A stretch of 64,000 bases of DNA from Candidatus Thorarchaeota archaeon (GCA_048882325.1 JBHLRS010000009.1:1-64000), one strand, 5' to 3'; positions 9,817 to 19,407 are shown, numbered from the stretch's first letter. Numbers and translations: made by a program. The notes: a model not told the origin generated them from the letters alone.

Positions 9817-10026
9817 TTACCCCGTTAATCCTCTCGTATATATCACGCGAAGAATACCAATTGTGCACAGGATTATCAGAGATACATAGATAATGGGGCC
9901 AATAGTGATCCATTGGGTTTCTCCTGCATCGATGAGAATATCCTGATACATTATTCCACCTACAACTGCAAGTGAAATACATACAAGGGCAGCTAGGATG
10001 AAGAGCCATTTCCTGTGCAGTGACAT
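9817..10026 (-). CDS. small membrane protein (2 TM)
   Basis: Two hydrophobic stretches; co-oriented with neighbours. Confidence 0.55.
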   Translation of the reverse strand: MSLHRKWLFILAALVCISLAVVGGIMYQDILIDAGETQWITIGPIIYVSLIILCTIGILRVIYTRGLTG

Positions 10027-10066
10027 GAGTCTTTCAGTGTTTAAGGGACTCTTAGGACTTTCTATC

Positions 10067-10351
10067 CTAAGATTGGACTAGAGCACGTATCCTTTCAACT
10101 CTGACTCTCAGTTCTTTAAGAGGATCTAAAAATGCTTGACGAGTTTCACTGCTTGTTCTGATGAGGTATGCCTTGAGATTTCCCACATCTCCCTTCATCT
10201 TGTCTAACATCGGACTACGCTCATCTAATAATCTTAGAGTGTTGGTGAGCGCGATTTGAAATTTCTCATGTTCTTGAGAGATGTTAACACGGGTTTGATC
10301 TATGAGCTCAAGAAGTGAAGTTATCTCAGCAAGTATCTCCTCATTGTTCAT
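10067..10351 (-). CDS. hypothetical helical protein
   Basis: 94 aa amphipathic; ATG overlaps the GINS stop. Confidence 0.65.
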   Translation of the reverse strand: MNNEEILAEITSLLELIDQTRVNISQEHEKFQIALTNTLRLLDERSPMLDKMKGDVGNLKAYLIRTSSETRQAFLDPLKELRVRVERIRALVQS

Positions 10352-10956
10352 TCAGAGAGGTCCTCCTCTGCAACTATTCGAACAACAGTGCCATCTCGAA
10401 TCCAAGTTCTTGCATTAGCTGCAGGAATCATAGCAATGTCCTCTTTCTTGAACGGTCCATATGTTTTCTCATCCAGACCCAAGAAGGCATCACTAATTGT
10501 GCGTAGAAAGCGTACGGTCACATACTCGACTTCATCATCTTCAAGGAAATCTTCAGATGTGTCATCACTAGGTTTCCTCTTTGGTTTGGAGCCGGCCAAT
10601 GAGTCCTTGACAAACTCTGTGTGTCCATCAAAAGCTCGTTGTACTCTATTGTATAATTCCTCCTCTGCGAGTGTCATGTCACCCCTTGGTCGGTGTCCTG
10701 AGAGAATCGCTTTGATGATCTTCTGTCTTCGCATGTTCAACAAGTCTTCTATCATAAACTCTAGATTGAGTGCTTCCTGTGTCAGAATGTCAGCTTGGAC
10801 TCGTTTGTCAGCATCAGTGGATGCGAGAGACAGTCGAACACTAGAGAGATAGGCAATCATCTTACTGAGACGAAGATCACCCAGGTCCTGCAGACCTTCA
10901 TTATCAATTTCCATCTCCCATGCAGATTTGATGTCATCATATCCCAGGTCACTCAA
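10348..10956 (-). CDS. DNA replication complex GINS subunit (Gins51-type)
   Basis: RRQKII, MTLAEEELY, GLDEKTYGPFKKEDIAMIPAANA; in the conserved pcna-priS-gins order; TTG start inferred. Confidence 0.85.
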   Translation of the reverse strand: MSDLGYDDIKSAWEMEIDNEGLQDLGDLRLSKMIAYLSSVRLSLASTDADKRVQADILTQEALNLEFMIEDLLNMRRQKIIKAILSGHRPRGDMTLAEEELYNRVQRAFDGHTEFVKDSLAGSKPKRKPSDDTSEDFLEDDEVEYVTVRFLRTISDAFLGLDEKTYGPFKKEDIAMIPAANARTWIRDGTVVRIVAEEDLSE

Positions 10957-12337
10957 TGATAGCAACTCCTTTGCATAGTACGAACATCGCTGCAGCAGTT
11001 GGTAGGTCCACAGACTCTCCATGGTATGGTCCAAAGGATTCGTCACCCATTCTAAAACGCGGAACACCAGGAGATTTGTGAAGGAATTTTACCTTCATCC
11101 TACCTTCATTAAAAGCAATTGCATCACAAAAAGGATCAAAGTCATCAAGCACATCTCGAGTGATTTCCTTGACGATAAAGCCTGTCTTTCCATTCAAGCT
11201 CCCTATCAGACGAATGACTCTATGGATATCATGAGTGACAGGACGGTCTATCTCTCCCCCATATACCTCAGCTGCTCTTTCCGCGATCTCCTGCCATGAT
11301 TTCAGACCGATATCCTTTGCTTCCTTGCTCAGTACTGGTGGATCTCTCAATAGTCCATCTATAGCTGCTACTTTTCCCTTTCTGAGCGGTTTCACCCATC
11401 TTTCGGAGCCCTCATATGAATCGATGTTTCGTATGAGCTCAATCATGGCATCAGCGGTTTTACCAGCCCAGCCTGGAAAGGACCGATCTAATATCCGATT
11501 CACTCTACCTTGAGAAACAATGACTTTCTCAGTATTTAGACCAAGACCCATGATGTAATGTACAATCTGAATGCGACTACTTGAATCCAGTGAAAAGACC
11601 TTGGGGTCGCGAACACGAAGGTGATACCCCCTATGACCACTATAATTGAGTTGGACCGTTTCCGGATCAAATCCAAAGTCATTCACTATGAAGTCATCAT
11701 AGAGCTTCACTGTATGCTTCTTCGCTTCTGCTAAACACTTCTCACATACCCACTTTCTTATACTGAAGCTCTTGCCATCACAATCAGGACAAGTCTCAGG
11801 ATGTATACCTGTTCCAGTCTTATGGCAACCCTCCGTATTGCATCTCCATGCATCATGGTCCTTAGCGCACTTCAGGTCAAGATGGTCTGCATCAATATCA
11901 AAGACAAGTTCAGCTCCAAACCACTCTTTCTCATCCATGTGACGGGCCACAGGAACTCTGTAAAAGGCTGCTGAGTGATAGATACTATGAGGGGCAACAG
12001 CTGCGAGATCTCGTACAAGTTCATCCCTGTTCAGATATCCAACATGTCTCCTCCAGGTTGTTGTCTGGATATCGCTTGAACCACATTTTGGGCACTCTTT
12101 GATGCTTGCGAACGAAGTTCCTGATTCTCCGCATCCAGTCGTGATGTCACGTCCAGACTCATCTCGACCCTTTCTCTTAGGACAGAACCAGTTGTGTTCC
12201 CAGCTCTGGATACCGAACTCTCGATTATGTACCTTATCTGGAACATCAATGGTTTCAGGATTTGCCTTGTAATGTTCATGGAACATGAATCGTAGTTTCA
12301 AAACAGTGCTTGTGAAACCTTGATTCTGATTCGGCAT
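10949..12337 (-). CDS. priS: DNA primase catalytic subunit with Cys-rich insertions
   Basis: ELVFDIDAD, YSGHRGYH, IDRPVTHDIHRVIRL. Confidence 0.93.
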   Translation of the reverse strand: MPNQNQGFTSTVLKLRFMFHEHYKANPETIDVPDKVHNREFGIQSWEHNWFCPKRKGRDESGRDITTGCGESGTSFASIKECPKCGSSDIQTTTWRRHVGYLNRDELVRDLAAVAPHSIYHSAAFYRVPVARHMDEKEWFGAELVFDIDADHLDLKCAKDHDAWRCNTEGCHKTGTGIHPETCPDCDGKSFSIRKWVCEKCLAEAKKHTVKLYDDFIVNDFGFDPETVQLNYSGHRGYHLRVRDPKVFSLDSSSRIQIVHYIMGLGLNTEKVIVSQGRVNRILDRSFPGWAGKTADAMIELIRNIDSYEGSERWVKPLRKGKVAAIDGLLRDPPVLSKEAKDIGLKSWQEIAERAAEVYGGEIDRPVTHDIHRVIRLIGSLNGKTGFIVKEITRDVLDDFDPFCDAIAFNEGRMKVKFLHKSPGVPRFRMGDESFGPYHGESVDLPTAAAMFVLCKGVAIIE

Positions 12338-12388
12338 GCACTAGAACTCCATCAATTGGTACCGATGTATTCGGGACCTCTTGTCTTT

Positions 12389-13138
12389 CTACCTACGTTC
12401 TACACGTGGTGCTAGAACGAAGCTTATGCTTCCAGCCTCTGCTATTGGGAATTCTAGCATCATTGGTTTACTGGAAGTGAATTGAAGCATTAAGCTGTCA
12501 CTAGCGATTGCTTTTGAAATCTCCGTCAAATAATTCAATGCATACATGGCCATTGCCTTGCCTGACACTTTCAGCTGGAAAAGCGCAGGTGCATCACCTT
12601 TCGTTGTCAGTGCAACATTGGCTTCACCTGTATCACCTTCACCAGCAAAAATCAGCTGTTCAGGCTCTGCGCTGATTTTCACATGACTGGACACAACTCC
12701 GATGTCCTTGATTGCTTGCTTGAATGTGTCAGCCAACAATTCTGCCTTTACATCGAAATCTATACCGGGCTTTTTTGTCTGATCGTCGGGGGGTGTCAGA
12801 AGTTGTAGTTTGAACACTCGATTTGCTTGTCCTAGCATCTTTATTTCGAAACGGTTGTCATCCAAGTTGAACTCAAGATGTTCATCTCCAGCCATTCGTT
12901 TACTCACCTTGACGAGCTCGTCAATACCCAAGCAGATGTCGTGCTCGCCCTTGCATGAATACTCCTGAAAAATGCCAGAAGGGAGGGTTAAATCAATCAT
13001 CGCCGCTTTAGACGAGTCAAGCTGACGTAGTGATATTCCAGATTCAGATACGCGAAAATGCGCCTCTGTGAGTAGAGTTGCTAATGCGTCTACAATTTGT
13101 TTCCATGTCTTGGTACTGTCGAGAGTCGCGTGAAACAT
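12389..13138 (-). CDS. pcn: PCNA sliding clamp
   Basis: QLDSSKAAMIDL, C-terminal FVLAPRVE, 249 aa. Confidence 0.95.
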   Translation of the reverse strand: MFHATLDSTKTWKQIVDALATLLTEAHFRVSESGISLRQLDSSKAAMIDLTLPSGIFQEYSCKGEHDICLGIDELVKVSKRMAGDEHLEFNLDDNRFEIKMLGQANRVFKLQLLTPPDDQTKKPGIDFDVKAELLADTFKQAIKDIGVVSSHVKISAEPEQLIFAGEGDTGEANVALTTKGDAPALFQLKVSGKAMAMYALNYLTEISKAIASDSLMLQFTSSKPMMLEFPIAEAGSISFVLAPRVERR

Positions 13139-13147
13139 GCCGTTATC

Positions 13148-13258
13148 TCCAACTGTCTATTGATGTGCGAACTAACACTCCTTTCCAAACCCGGATGATG
13201 GTCATCATCAAAGGAGTCAGTATCGCTCTTTATCTTTGAACAAGATTCTCAAGTTGGA
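13148..13258 (-). promoter_or_regulatory. structured 5' leader of pcna (SD-sequestering multi-stem)
   Basis: Stems 13148-54/13252-58, 13167-76/13216-26, 13177-84/13210-17, hairpin 13194-13209. Confidence 0.45.
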
Positions 13259-13337
13259 TTTCACATTTTAAGTGTACTTCTCAATGGAAATGATGTGCTC
13301 TTTATAGATATGACAGAAAAGAAGACCGTCTGAATAC

Positions 13338-13712
13338 CTACTCACTCATTGTTCGTGTCACTTTTTCTTCTAGATCCTGGACTTCTTTGTAGAGTTCGAT
13401 GTCCAATGAATCGATGTCATGGGAAATTGACGCATTCAGTCTCAGTTCTTTCCCACCGTCAGTTTTCTTCTCGGTCACTTCTCCGATGAACAAGTATTTC
13501 TTGCTGAGTTCAAGGGATCCTTCAACACTGACCTGAATCTTTCCTGCTTTTTTCACATCATCGTCATACACATCTTGGACTACTGCGAGGCCGGGGCTGG
13601 CGTCGACCACAATCCCCATTATTCGGACTGGACCCGTTGTATCTGCAGATAGGTTTCGTATAGTGGTCAGTTTAGAGGGTTTTCGCCGGGCAAAACTCTT
13701 CTCTTCAGTCAT
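13338..13712 (-). CDS. small OB-fold protein, RPA3/RPA14-like
   Basis: PVRIMGIVV..KYLFIGEV..LDIELYKEV pattern, 124 aa, replication gene context. Confidence 0.7.
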   Translation of the reverse strand: MTEEKSFARRKPSKLTTIRNLSADTTGPVRIMGIVVDASPGLAVVQDVYDDDVKKAGKIQVSVEGSLELSKKYLFIGEVTEKKTDGGKELRLNASISHDIDSLDIELYKEVQDLEEKVTRTMSE

Positions 13713-13789
13713 AGTCGCAGCTCCAAAATTCTCTTAGCAGAATTGGACAAGTAGGTTGCAACATCTTGAGGGCTATAAATCTGTCAGTC

Positions 13790-14119
13790 TTATCCACCAT
13801 AATTCCGCCAAGTGTGCTTGCATTTGGTGCATCTATAGAACTCTGTTGCACCTTCATCTCCTCTTCTTGTCTGGAGTGTCCAATAGTAGGCTTCTGTATT
13901 GTCACACTTCGGACATGAGGCTTTCGTCACAGGCATTGGAATTGAGTCGTCTTCTACCACGATTATTTTGTCACGTGGTGATTTCTCCAAGTTTTGTGAA
14001 ACTGTCAGTCTTCCCTTGATACCTTTAGTATGTCCACAGCTTCTGCACTTCAGGACTCTGGAGCCGTCCTCCTCTGTAGTTGGCACCATCATTGCACCGC
14101 ACTTCTTGCAGAATTCCAT
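13790..14119 (-). CDS. tfs: transcription factor S
   Basis: Two Zn ribbons; QTRRGDEGATEFYRCTKC. Confidence 0.93.
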   Translation of the reverse strand: MEFCKKCGAMMVPTTEEDGSRVLKCRSCGHTKGIKGRLTVSQNLEKSPRDKIIVVEDDSIPMPVTKASCPKCDNTEAYYWTLQTRRGDEGATEFYRCTKCKHTWRNYGG

Positions 14120-14187
14120 GGAACATTCACTTCTCCGCTGCAGCGTTTAGAGTTCAATTAAGCATTACGACAGCGTACATTTGGAAC

Positions 14188-14613
14188 TCAAGGTAACGAC
14201 TGGATGTGTTTCTCTAGAAGATACTGAAAAGAGAGAGCTGCAATCTCGCCTTCTTTCTTTCTGTTAGTCGTGAAATCTATGTTTAGTGTTTCGACAAGTG
14301 TATCAACAAGTTCAGGCACCGTGACCACACCCTTCATCCATAAGTAGGCTATGATGGCTTCATATGCATCAGCTGCTCGGCCTGAGTCGGTTCTTCGGGA
14401 AATATGTCTATAGACTTCAGTGGCGCGTATTGCTCGAGCAAGAACACTATCTCTGACCTTCTCGCCTGTGGCTTGACCAAGGACTCTGGATTTTGCGAGA
14501 GAATAACAGAGGTTCACTATACCGTCACCAACTTTTGCGAGTCCTTTGTCATTCATGATTTCTTCGACAGATTCGTGTTGGACAAAGGTTTCCCACATGT
14601 GACGGGCCACCAT
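14188..14613 (-). CDS. archaeal ribonuclease III-like (mini-III) domain protein
   Basis: LAKVGDGIVNL and ADAYEAIIAYLW. Confidence 0.75.
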   Translation of the reverse strand: MVARHMWETFVQHESVEEIMNDKGLAKVGDGIVNLCYSLAKSRVLGQATGEKVRDSVLARAIRATEVYRHISRRTDSGRAADAYEAIIAYLWMKGVVTVPELVDTLVETLNIDFTTNRKKEGEIAALSFQYLLEKHIQSLP

Positions 14614-14621
14614 GAGTCAGT

Positions 14622-14912
14622 TTAGTCAATATTGTGATCTGAAACAGCTTGTTTGAATTTCTTTCGAAACTCTTCAGTCCTAGCAAGCATCTTCTCAAGA
14701 GCCTCTCTCAGGACAACATTAGCCTGTCGCCTCTTTGTCCTCAGGGTCAAGATTGGACTAGCTAGAAGTGGGTGCTCGATGTTGTATCCAGCAAACTCCA
14801 CTGAAGGTTCCTCCAAGAGTGTCTTTCGAAGCAAATTGGGAAAGGAGTGTCCCTCTCCACCAATCTCAAACTTGATTTCGAGTCTCTCATGTTCAATGGT
14901 TCTTGGCTTCAC
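14622..14912 (-). CDS. rpoL: RNA polymerase subunit Rpo11 (L)
   Basis: GEGHSFPNLLR, FAGYNIEHPL. Confidence 0.92.
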   Translation of the reverse strand: MKPRTIEHERLEIKFEIGGEGHSFPNLLRKTLLEEPSVEFAGYNIEHPLLASPILTLRTKRRQANVVLREALEKMLARTEEFRKKFKQAVSDHNID

Positions 14913-14914
14913 AT

Positions 14915-15664
14915 CTATCTTCTCCTGCTTTCTCTACCACGATCACTCCCTCTTCTCCCACGTCTGTCGCCTCCTCGTCCGCGTTGACCATCAAAGCGTC
15001 TACCTCCACGACCACCACGATCGTCTCGGTCGTACTGCCTACGGTCATAGGATCGTCGACGGGGTGCCAGGTCTGGTCGTGCCTCAAGACCAAATCGCTG
15101 TCCATAGTCGTTGGCCACTTCGCGGGTTTCTCGATTCTCACATCGAAGGCAAAACATATTGTTATGTGTTGTGAGGGTCAATGCATTTCCACATCTTGTA
15201 CAGACTCCAAACACAACTCCAAGATCAGGACCTACAAGGGTCAGTTGGACAGGAATTTCGTGTGTGTTCAGAGCTGCTGCACGAACAATGTCGTTCTGTT
15301 TGAGCACATCCTGCATACTCTTCACATATCTTCGGGTCACGTTGCTTATGTGCAGTTCACCAACGAGACCCCTGTGATAATCTTCATCGTTAATTCGTAC
15401 TATCCTGACCTCAGCACGCTGGTCAAACACAAGAGTGGCCTCACCCATCAGGATATCTCCCTTCACAGGAAGGGACAGTTTTAATCCACCCTCAGGACTG
15501 ATGATTCTGATACTTCGTTCTTTAAGGTCCATATCAACTTGCCCTGGAGCTGCGGCATACACAATACCATCCTTCTCATAAGTACCAAAGCTTGGCATCA
15601 GCTCTTCAATGACGCATAGCTGATCACCGGGTACTACGATATCGCCGCTCTTCACATCTGCCAT
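14915..15664 (-). CDS. csl4: exosome RNA-binding subunit Csl4 with RG-rich tail
   Basis: VVPGD, S1 domain, DLGVVFGVCTRC..CLRC..ETREVA. Confidence 0.92.
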   Translation of the reverse strand: MADVKSGDIVVPGDQLCVIEELMPSFGTYEKDGIVYAAAPGQVDMDLKERSIRIISPEGGLKLSLPVKGDILMGEATLVFDQRAEVRIVRINDEDYHRGLVGELHISNVTRRYVKSMQDVLKQNDIVRAAALNTHEIPVQLTLVGPDLGVVFGVCTRCGNALTLTTHNNMFCLRCENRETREVANDYGQRFGLEARPDLAPRRRSYDRRQYDRDDRGGRGGRRFDGQRGRGGDRRGRRGSDRGRESRRR

Positions 15665-15665
15665 T

Positions 15666-16304
15666 CTATTCACGCTCTTTGTATATACGATACAGGTCTA
15701 CATCCACCAAGTGCTTCGGCTTTCTGTGGTGTTCGAACAGCCGACCGATTGGAAACTGAAATGTTTCAAGTTGTGTCACTGTGGCACCTAGTTTCTCAAT
15801 CTCTTTGCTCAGGAACGTCCTGTTCTTGTCACCCGCCAGGTGCATGCTGTATATCACTTCAGCAACAGAGATTGCCTTCTTCAGGAATCTAAGGTCAGCA
15901 CCGCGGTTTTTCACTCCGAACGGAGGATTACTCACCACTGTATCTACTGGACAACATAGCTGTAGGGAGAAAACATCTCCCAGAACCCAGTCTACGGTGT
16001 CATCTATTCTGAGCAATCTCGAGTTCTTTTGAGACGCCTTTAAGGCTTTGCTTTGCACATCAATTCCAATCACTCTCCTCGCCCCCAACAGTCCGGCTCC
16101 GATCGCGAAGATTCCATCCCCGCATCCCAGATCGCACACGATTTTATCCGTGATATCCCCATGTTCCATTTGGGCAGCATACAAGACTGTTGCTGCGATT
16201 GAGGCTGGAGTTGGATATTGTTCTAATGACTCACTAAACTCATCTATCCTCTCCATTGATTCAAGTGCGATTTCCAAGTCTCTTAAACGCAAGAACTCCA
16301 CCAA
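15666..16304 (-). CDS. METTL5-family rRNA adenine-N6 methyltransferase
   Basis: LEQYPTP, DLGCGDG, NPPFG. Confidence 0.9.
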   Translation of the reverse strand: MVEFLRLRDLEIALESMERIDEFSESLEQYPTPASIAATVLYAAQMEHGDITDKIVCDLGCGDGIFAIGAGLLGARRVIGIDVQSKALKASQKNSRLLRIDDTVDWVLGDVFSLQLCCPVDTVVSNPPFGVKNRGADLRFLKKAISVAEVIYSMHLAGDKNRTFLSKEIEKLGATVTQLETFQFPIGRLFEHHRKPKHLVDVDLYRIYKERE

Positions 16305-16384
16305 TCTCAGATTTTGACCAATGAGAATCCCCAGGTCTGTCTTGATGAATTATATTGTTTGTACTAATGACAGCCCCGGGTAAC

Positions 16385-16476
16385 ACCCACTCTTATCAGT
16401 TCCATATGTTCCACAGGTTCCAGTCGAAGTCCACTGGAACTTGCCTCAAGTTCTAATGGAAGTGTTTAAGTTCAAG
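16385..16476. promoter_or_regulatory. cluster of ORB/mini-ORB-like repeats, candidate oriC
   Basis: GTTCCA at 16399, 16408, 16417; GTCCACTGGAAC 16429-40 (reverse GTTCCAGTGGAC); GTTCTAATGGAA 16450-61; directly upstream of cdc6. Confidence 0.65.
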
Positions 16477-16520
16477 GTAGCTCTTGTACTTAACATTCTC
16501 TGCTGGGAGTAGATGATAAG

Positions 16521-17768
16521 TTGGAGAAACCGCTCGATAAATTGTTTGACAAGTTCTTACAGGGTCAGGCTATCTTCAGGGACAGAACAGCTCTGAGACC
16601 CACTTATGTACCCGATAGTCTTCCTTACAGAGACGACCAGATGAGTAGGATTGGGTCCATTCTAGGGCCCGCGCTCAGAGGTGCTCCACCATCCAATATT
16701 CTTTGTTATGGAAAAACGGGCACTGGTAAGACTGTTGTAGCAAGATATGTATTAGACATGCTTGTGAGCAAGGCTAAGGACAGTGGAATTACCGCTCCAT
16801 TGACGGCTTTTGTGAACTGCAGGATAGTAGGCACTAATTACAGAGTCTTGAAGAAATTATGTGACCAGGTTAAAGCAACAATGCCTGATGGATCTGAAGT
16901 CCCCTTCACCGGACTTCCCACAGATGAGATTCGAGAAGTCCTGAAGAACGAACTAGATTCTGATTCAAATATCCTTACAGTGGTGCTTGATGAGGTGGAT
17001 AGTTTATTGAAACGCGATGCTGGACAAGGTAATGATATTCTCTATGGATTGACTAGAATGAATGGAGAGCTGGAAAACAGCAGGATATCAATTATAGGAA
17101 TAAGCAATGATCTGAAATTCAAGGAGATGCTTGATCCTAGGGTTCTGTCAACTTTAGGTGAGGAGGAGGTCATATTCTCGCCTTACAATGCTGTAGAGTT
17201 GAAAGGAATTTTGAATCAAAGGGTTGAACTGGCTTTTAACAAAACAGCTATTGGGGACGAAGGTGTGATTAATTTGGTAGGAGCTCTGGCTGCACAGGAG
17301 CATGGAGATGCACGTAGAGCTCTCGATCTTTTGAGGACTGCAGGGGAGCTGGCTGAGAGAAGAGGAGATAGTACTGTTACTCAAGAACATGTTCGCGAGG
17401 CACAGAAAGTCATTGAACGAGACACAATAACTGAAACAGTGAAAACTCTCCCAATGCAGTCGAAAGCTGTTTTGTTTGCGGTCTATGTCTTGGCTAGTAA
17501 AGGTCAACGCGACATTTTCACAGGTGAGTGTTATAACATCTATTCGGAGATTGCAAAGGCACTCTCTATAGACACATTGACTCAGAGACGTGTTTCTGAT
17601 TTGATTTCTGAATTAGATATGTTGGGGCTGATTAATACTACAGTGATATCCAAGGGGCGATATGGACGGACTAAAAAGATCAAGCTAGCTGTGAGTAAGA
17701 AACAGATTGGTGTCATCCTAGATGATGACACTCGTCTGAGCAAGGTCGCCCAAGAGATACTTGACTGA
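16521..17768 (+). CDS. cdc6: Orc1/Cdc6 replication initiator (origin-associated type)
   Basis: YGKTGTGKT, VLDEVD, HGDARRALDLLR, SKGRYGRTK wing. Confidence 0.95.
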   Translation: MEKPLDKLFDKFLQGQAIFRDRTALRPTYVPDSLPYRDDQMSRIGSILGPALRGAPPSNILCYGKTGTGKTVVARYVLDMLVSKAKDSGITAPLTAFVNCRIVGTNYRVLKKLCDQVKATMPDGSEVPFTGLPTDEIREVLKNELDSDSNILTVVLDEVDSLLKRDAGQGNDILYGLTRMNGELENSRISIIGISNDLKFKEMLDPRVLSTLGEEEVIFSPYNAVELKGILNQRVELAFNKTAIGDEGVINLVGALAAQEHGDARRALDLLRTAGELAERRGDSTVTQEHVREAQKVIERDTITETVKTLPMQSKAVLFAVYVLASKGQRDIFTGECYNIYSEIAKALSIDTLTQRRVSDLISELDMLGLINTTVISKGRYGRTKKIKLAVSKKQIGVILDDDTRLSKVAQEILD

Positions 17769-17784
17769 TGAAACCGAGTCCCGA

Positions 17785-19407
17785 TTATTGCATTGATGAA
17801 ACATCATAGAAGAATCTCACTTCAGGAGCCCCAGTTTGGAGGTTTAGAAGCGTCACAATGCCAGGAGTGGGTACAATACCCTGTTTGCGCATGAAGTCTG
17901 TCTGGGCTTGGAATGTCCCAGAATTGATGATTTGTACTCCCCGATAGTTATCGACTGCGTTGTGGTGACAGTGACCAAAGTGGACGACATCAGGAGGAGT
18001 ATCAATCACCATCCAGTCTCTATGGAGTGGAGCGAGTTCCGTCTTACCACCGTACATGGGAACGAGATGGCGTTTCTTGAGAAGTTCCATCATTGGTTTT
18101 GCAGGTTCGGTATATGAAGCTCCGGGAATGCTGGTCACCAAATCATCCATACTGTCACCATGGGTCAGTAACACATTCACGCCCTCAACAACCACCTGAC
18201 TCGGATCCCCCAACATTGTAATACGGTCTCCGAGATTGTATAGGGACTGTGCAAACTCCTCTGAGATAGGAGGTTTGGGAAGAGCCTGTCTGTTCGCATC
18301 GTGATTGCCAGGGATACAGAATATCTTGATGCTCTTTGGAAGTTTCTTCAACTTGCTTGATAGAAGTTCGTACTGTTCATAGATGCTCTCGATTCTGAGG
18401 TCATCTCTCTGTGTTGGATAGACACTGATCCCATCCACCATATCACCAGCAATGAATAGATATCGTGTCTTTCTTGTAATTTCTTTGTCCTCTGCATCAA
18501 CATCCCGACCATTCATCCATCCGATGAACTTGTCAAACTCATCTTCGAGGAATTCCTTGCTTCCACAATGAATATCGGAGATGAACGCAGCATAGACGTC
18601 TCGCTTGGCTCGACCCACTTCTCGAGCAGTTGGGATGTCAGGGAAGATTACATCGTCGGCAATCATCCTCGCATCTTCATCAACAAACCCTGAAATGCAG
18701 GTGACCTCGTCAAGAAGTAAGGAGTTCGCTTTTTCTGATAGCTGTTGTCCCTTCAAGTCTTCTCTTGTGGCAGGGATTATGCAGATTATCGACTCATCTT
18801 CGTCTTCTAGTTCAATGATTACATTGCGTGACTGAGATATACTTCTGTTCTTCACAATTCCAAGAACGGTCTGGGTCGTACGTTTTGTTGTACGTATGCC
18901 CTTTTTGGTCAGTTCCTTTCTCTGTTTTGCAGAATCTTTTCTGAGCTTGGCAACCTGCGGTGAAACTGCACTCTGTGTATCAATTCTACTCATGTATATT
19001 CGCTTAATCCGATCGAATCGGTCTCTGAAGAGCGCTAGGAAGTCTTCTACGGTTCCCTCAGAGCCTACTTGGTCAGGGTTCTTCTCTATACGATAAATCC
19101 AGCCGGTTTCTTCATCAGAAACAACGATCGGTTCTACTGCTTCACTCAAAACCTGTACAGGTTGAGCAATAGGAATCAATTCCTCTTCCTCGACTATATG
19201 GTCAGGTTTCCTTCCTTCAATCAATGATTCTACGTAGGGACGGGAAAGTACAGAAGGGTGGTTTTCTATCGATTTTGTAATGAGAACTGACTTGACAGTT
19301 TCAAGAGGCGTGTCAAGTAGTAAGATGTATTCTAAGGCTTCAGGTGCCACTTGGAGTCCCGACTCAATCAGCAGTTTGAGTATACTACGTCGGATCGAGG
19401 AAGTCAC
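17785..19407 (-). CDS. polB: DNA polymerase D small (proofreading) subunit DP1
   Basis: FISDIHCGS, AGDMVDG, PGNHD, HFGHCH, NSGTFQAQT; start uncertain (to 19452). Confidence 0.93.
   Translation of the reverse strand: MTSSIRRSILKLLIESGLQVAPEALEYILLLDTPLETVKSVLITKSIENHPSVLSRPYVESLIEGRKPDHIVEEEELIPIAQPVQVLSEAVEPIVVSDEETGWIYRIEKNPDQVGSEGTVEDFLALFRDRFDRIKRIYMSRIDTQSAVSPQVAKLRKDSAKQRKELTKKGIRTTKRTTQTVLGIVKNRSISQSRNVIIELEDEDESIICIIPATREDLKGQQLSEKANSLLLDEVTCISGFVDEDARMIADDVIFPDIPTAREVGRAKRDVYAAFISDIHCGSKEFLEDEFDKFIGWMNGRDVDAEDKEITRKTRYLFIAGDMVDGISVYPTQRDDLRIESIYEQYELLSSKLKKLPKSIKIFCIPGNHDANRQALPKPPISEEFAQSLYNLGDRITMLGDPSQVVVEGVNVLLTHGDSMDDLVTSIPGASYTEPAKPMMELLKKRHLVPMYGGKTELAPLHRDWMVIDTPPDVVHFGHCHHNAVDNYRGVQIINSGTFQAQTDFMRKQGIVPTPGIVTLLNLQTGAPEVRFFYDVSSMQ

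Noticed and set aside
14653-15484. Long alternative ORFs (14653-15174+, 14903-15484+, 14893-15141-)
   Set aside because: Shadows of rpoL/csl4; the low-complexity RGG tail suppresses stops
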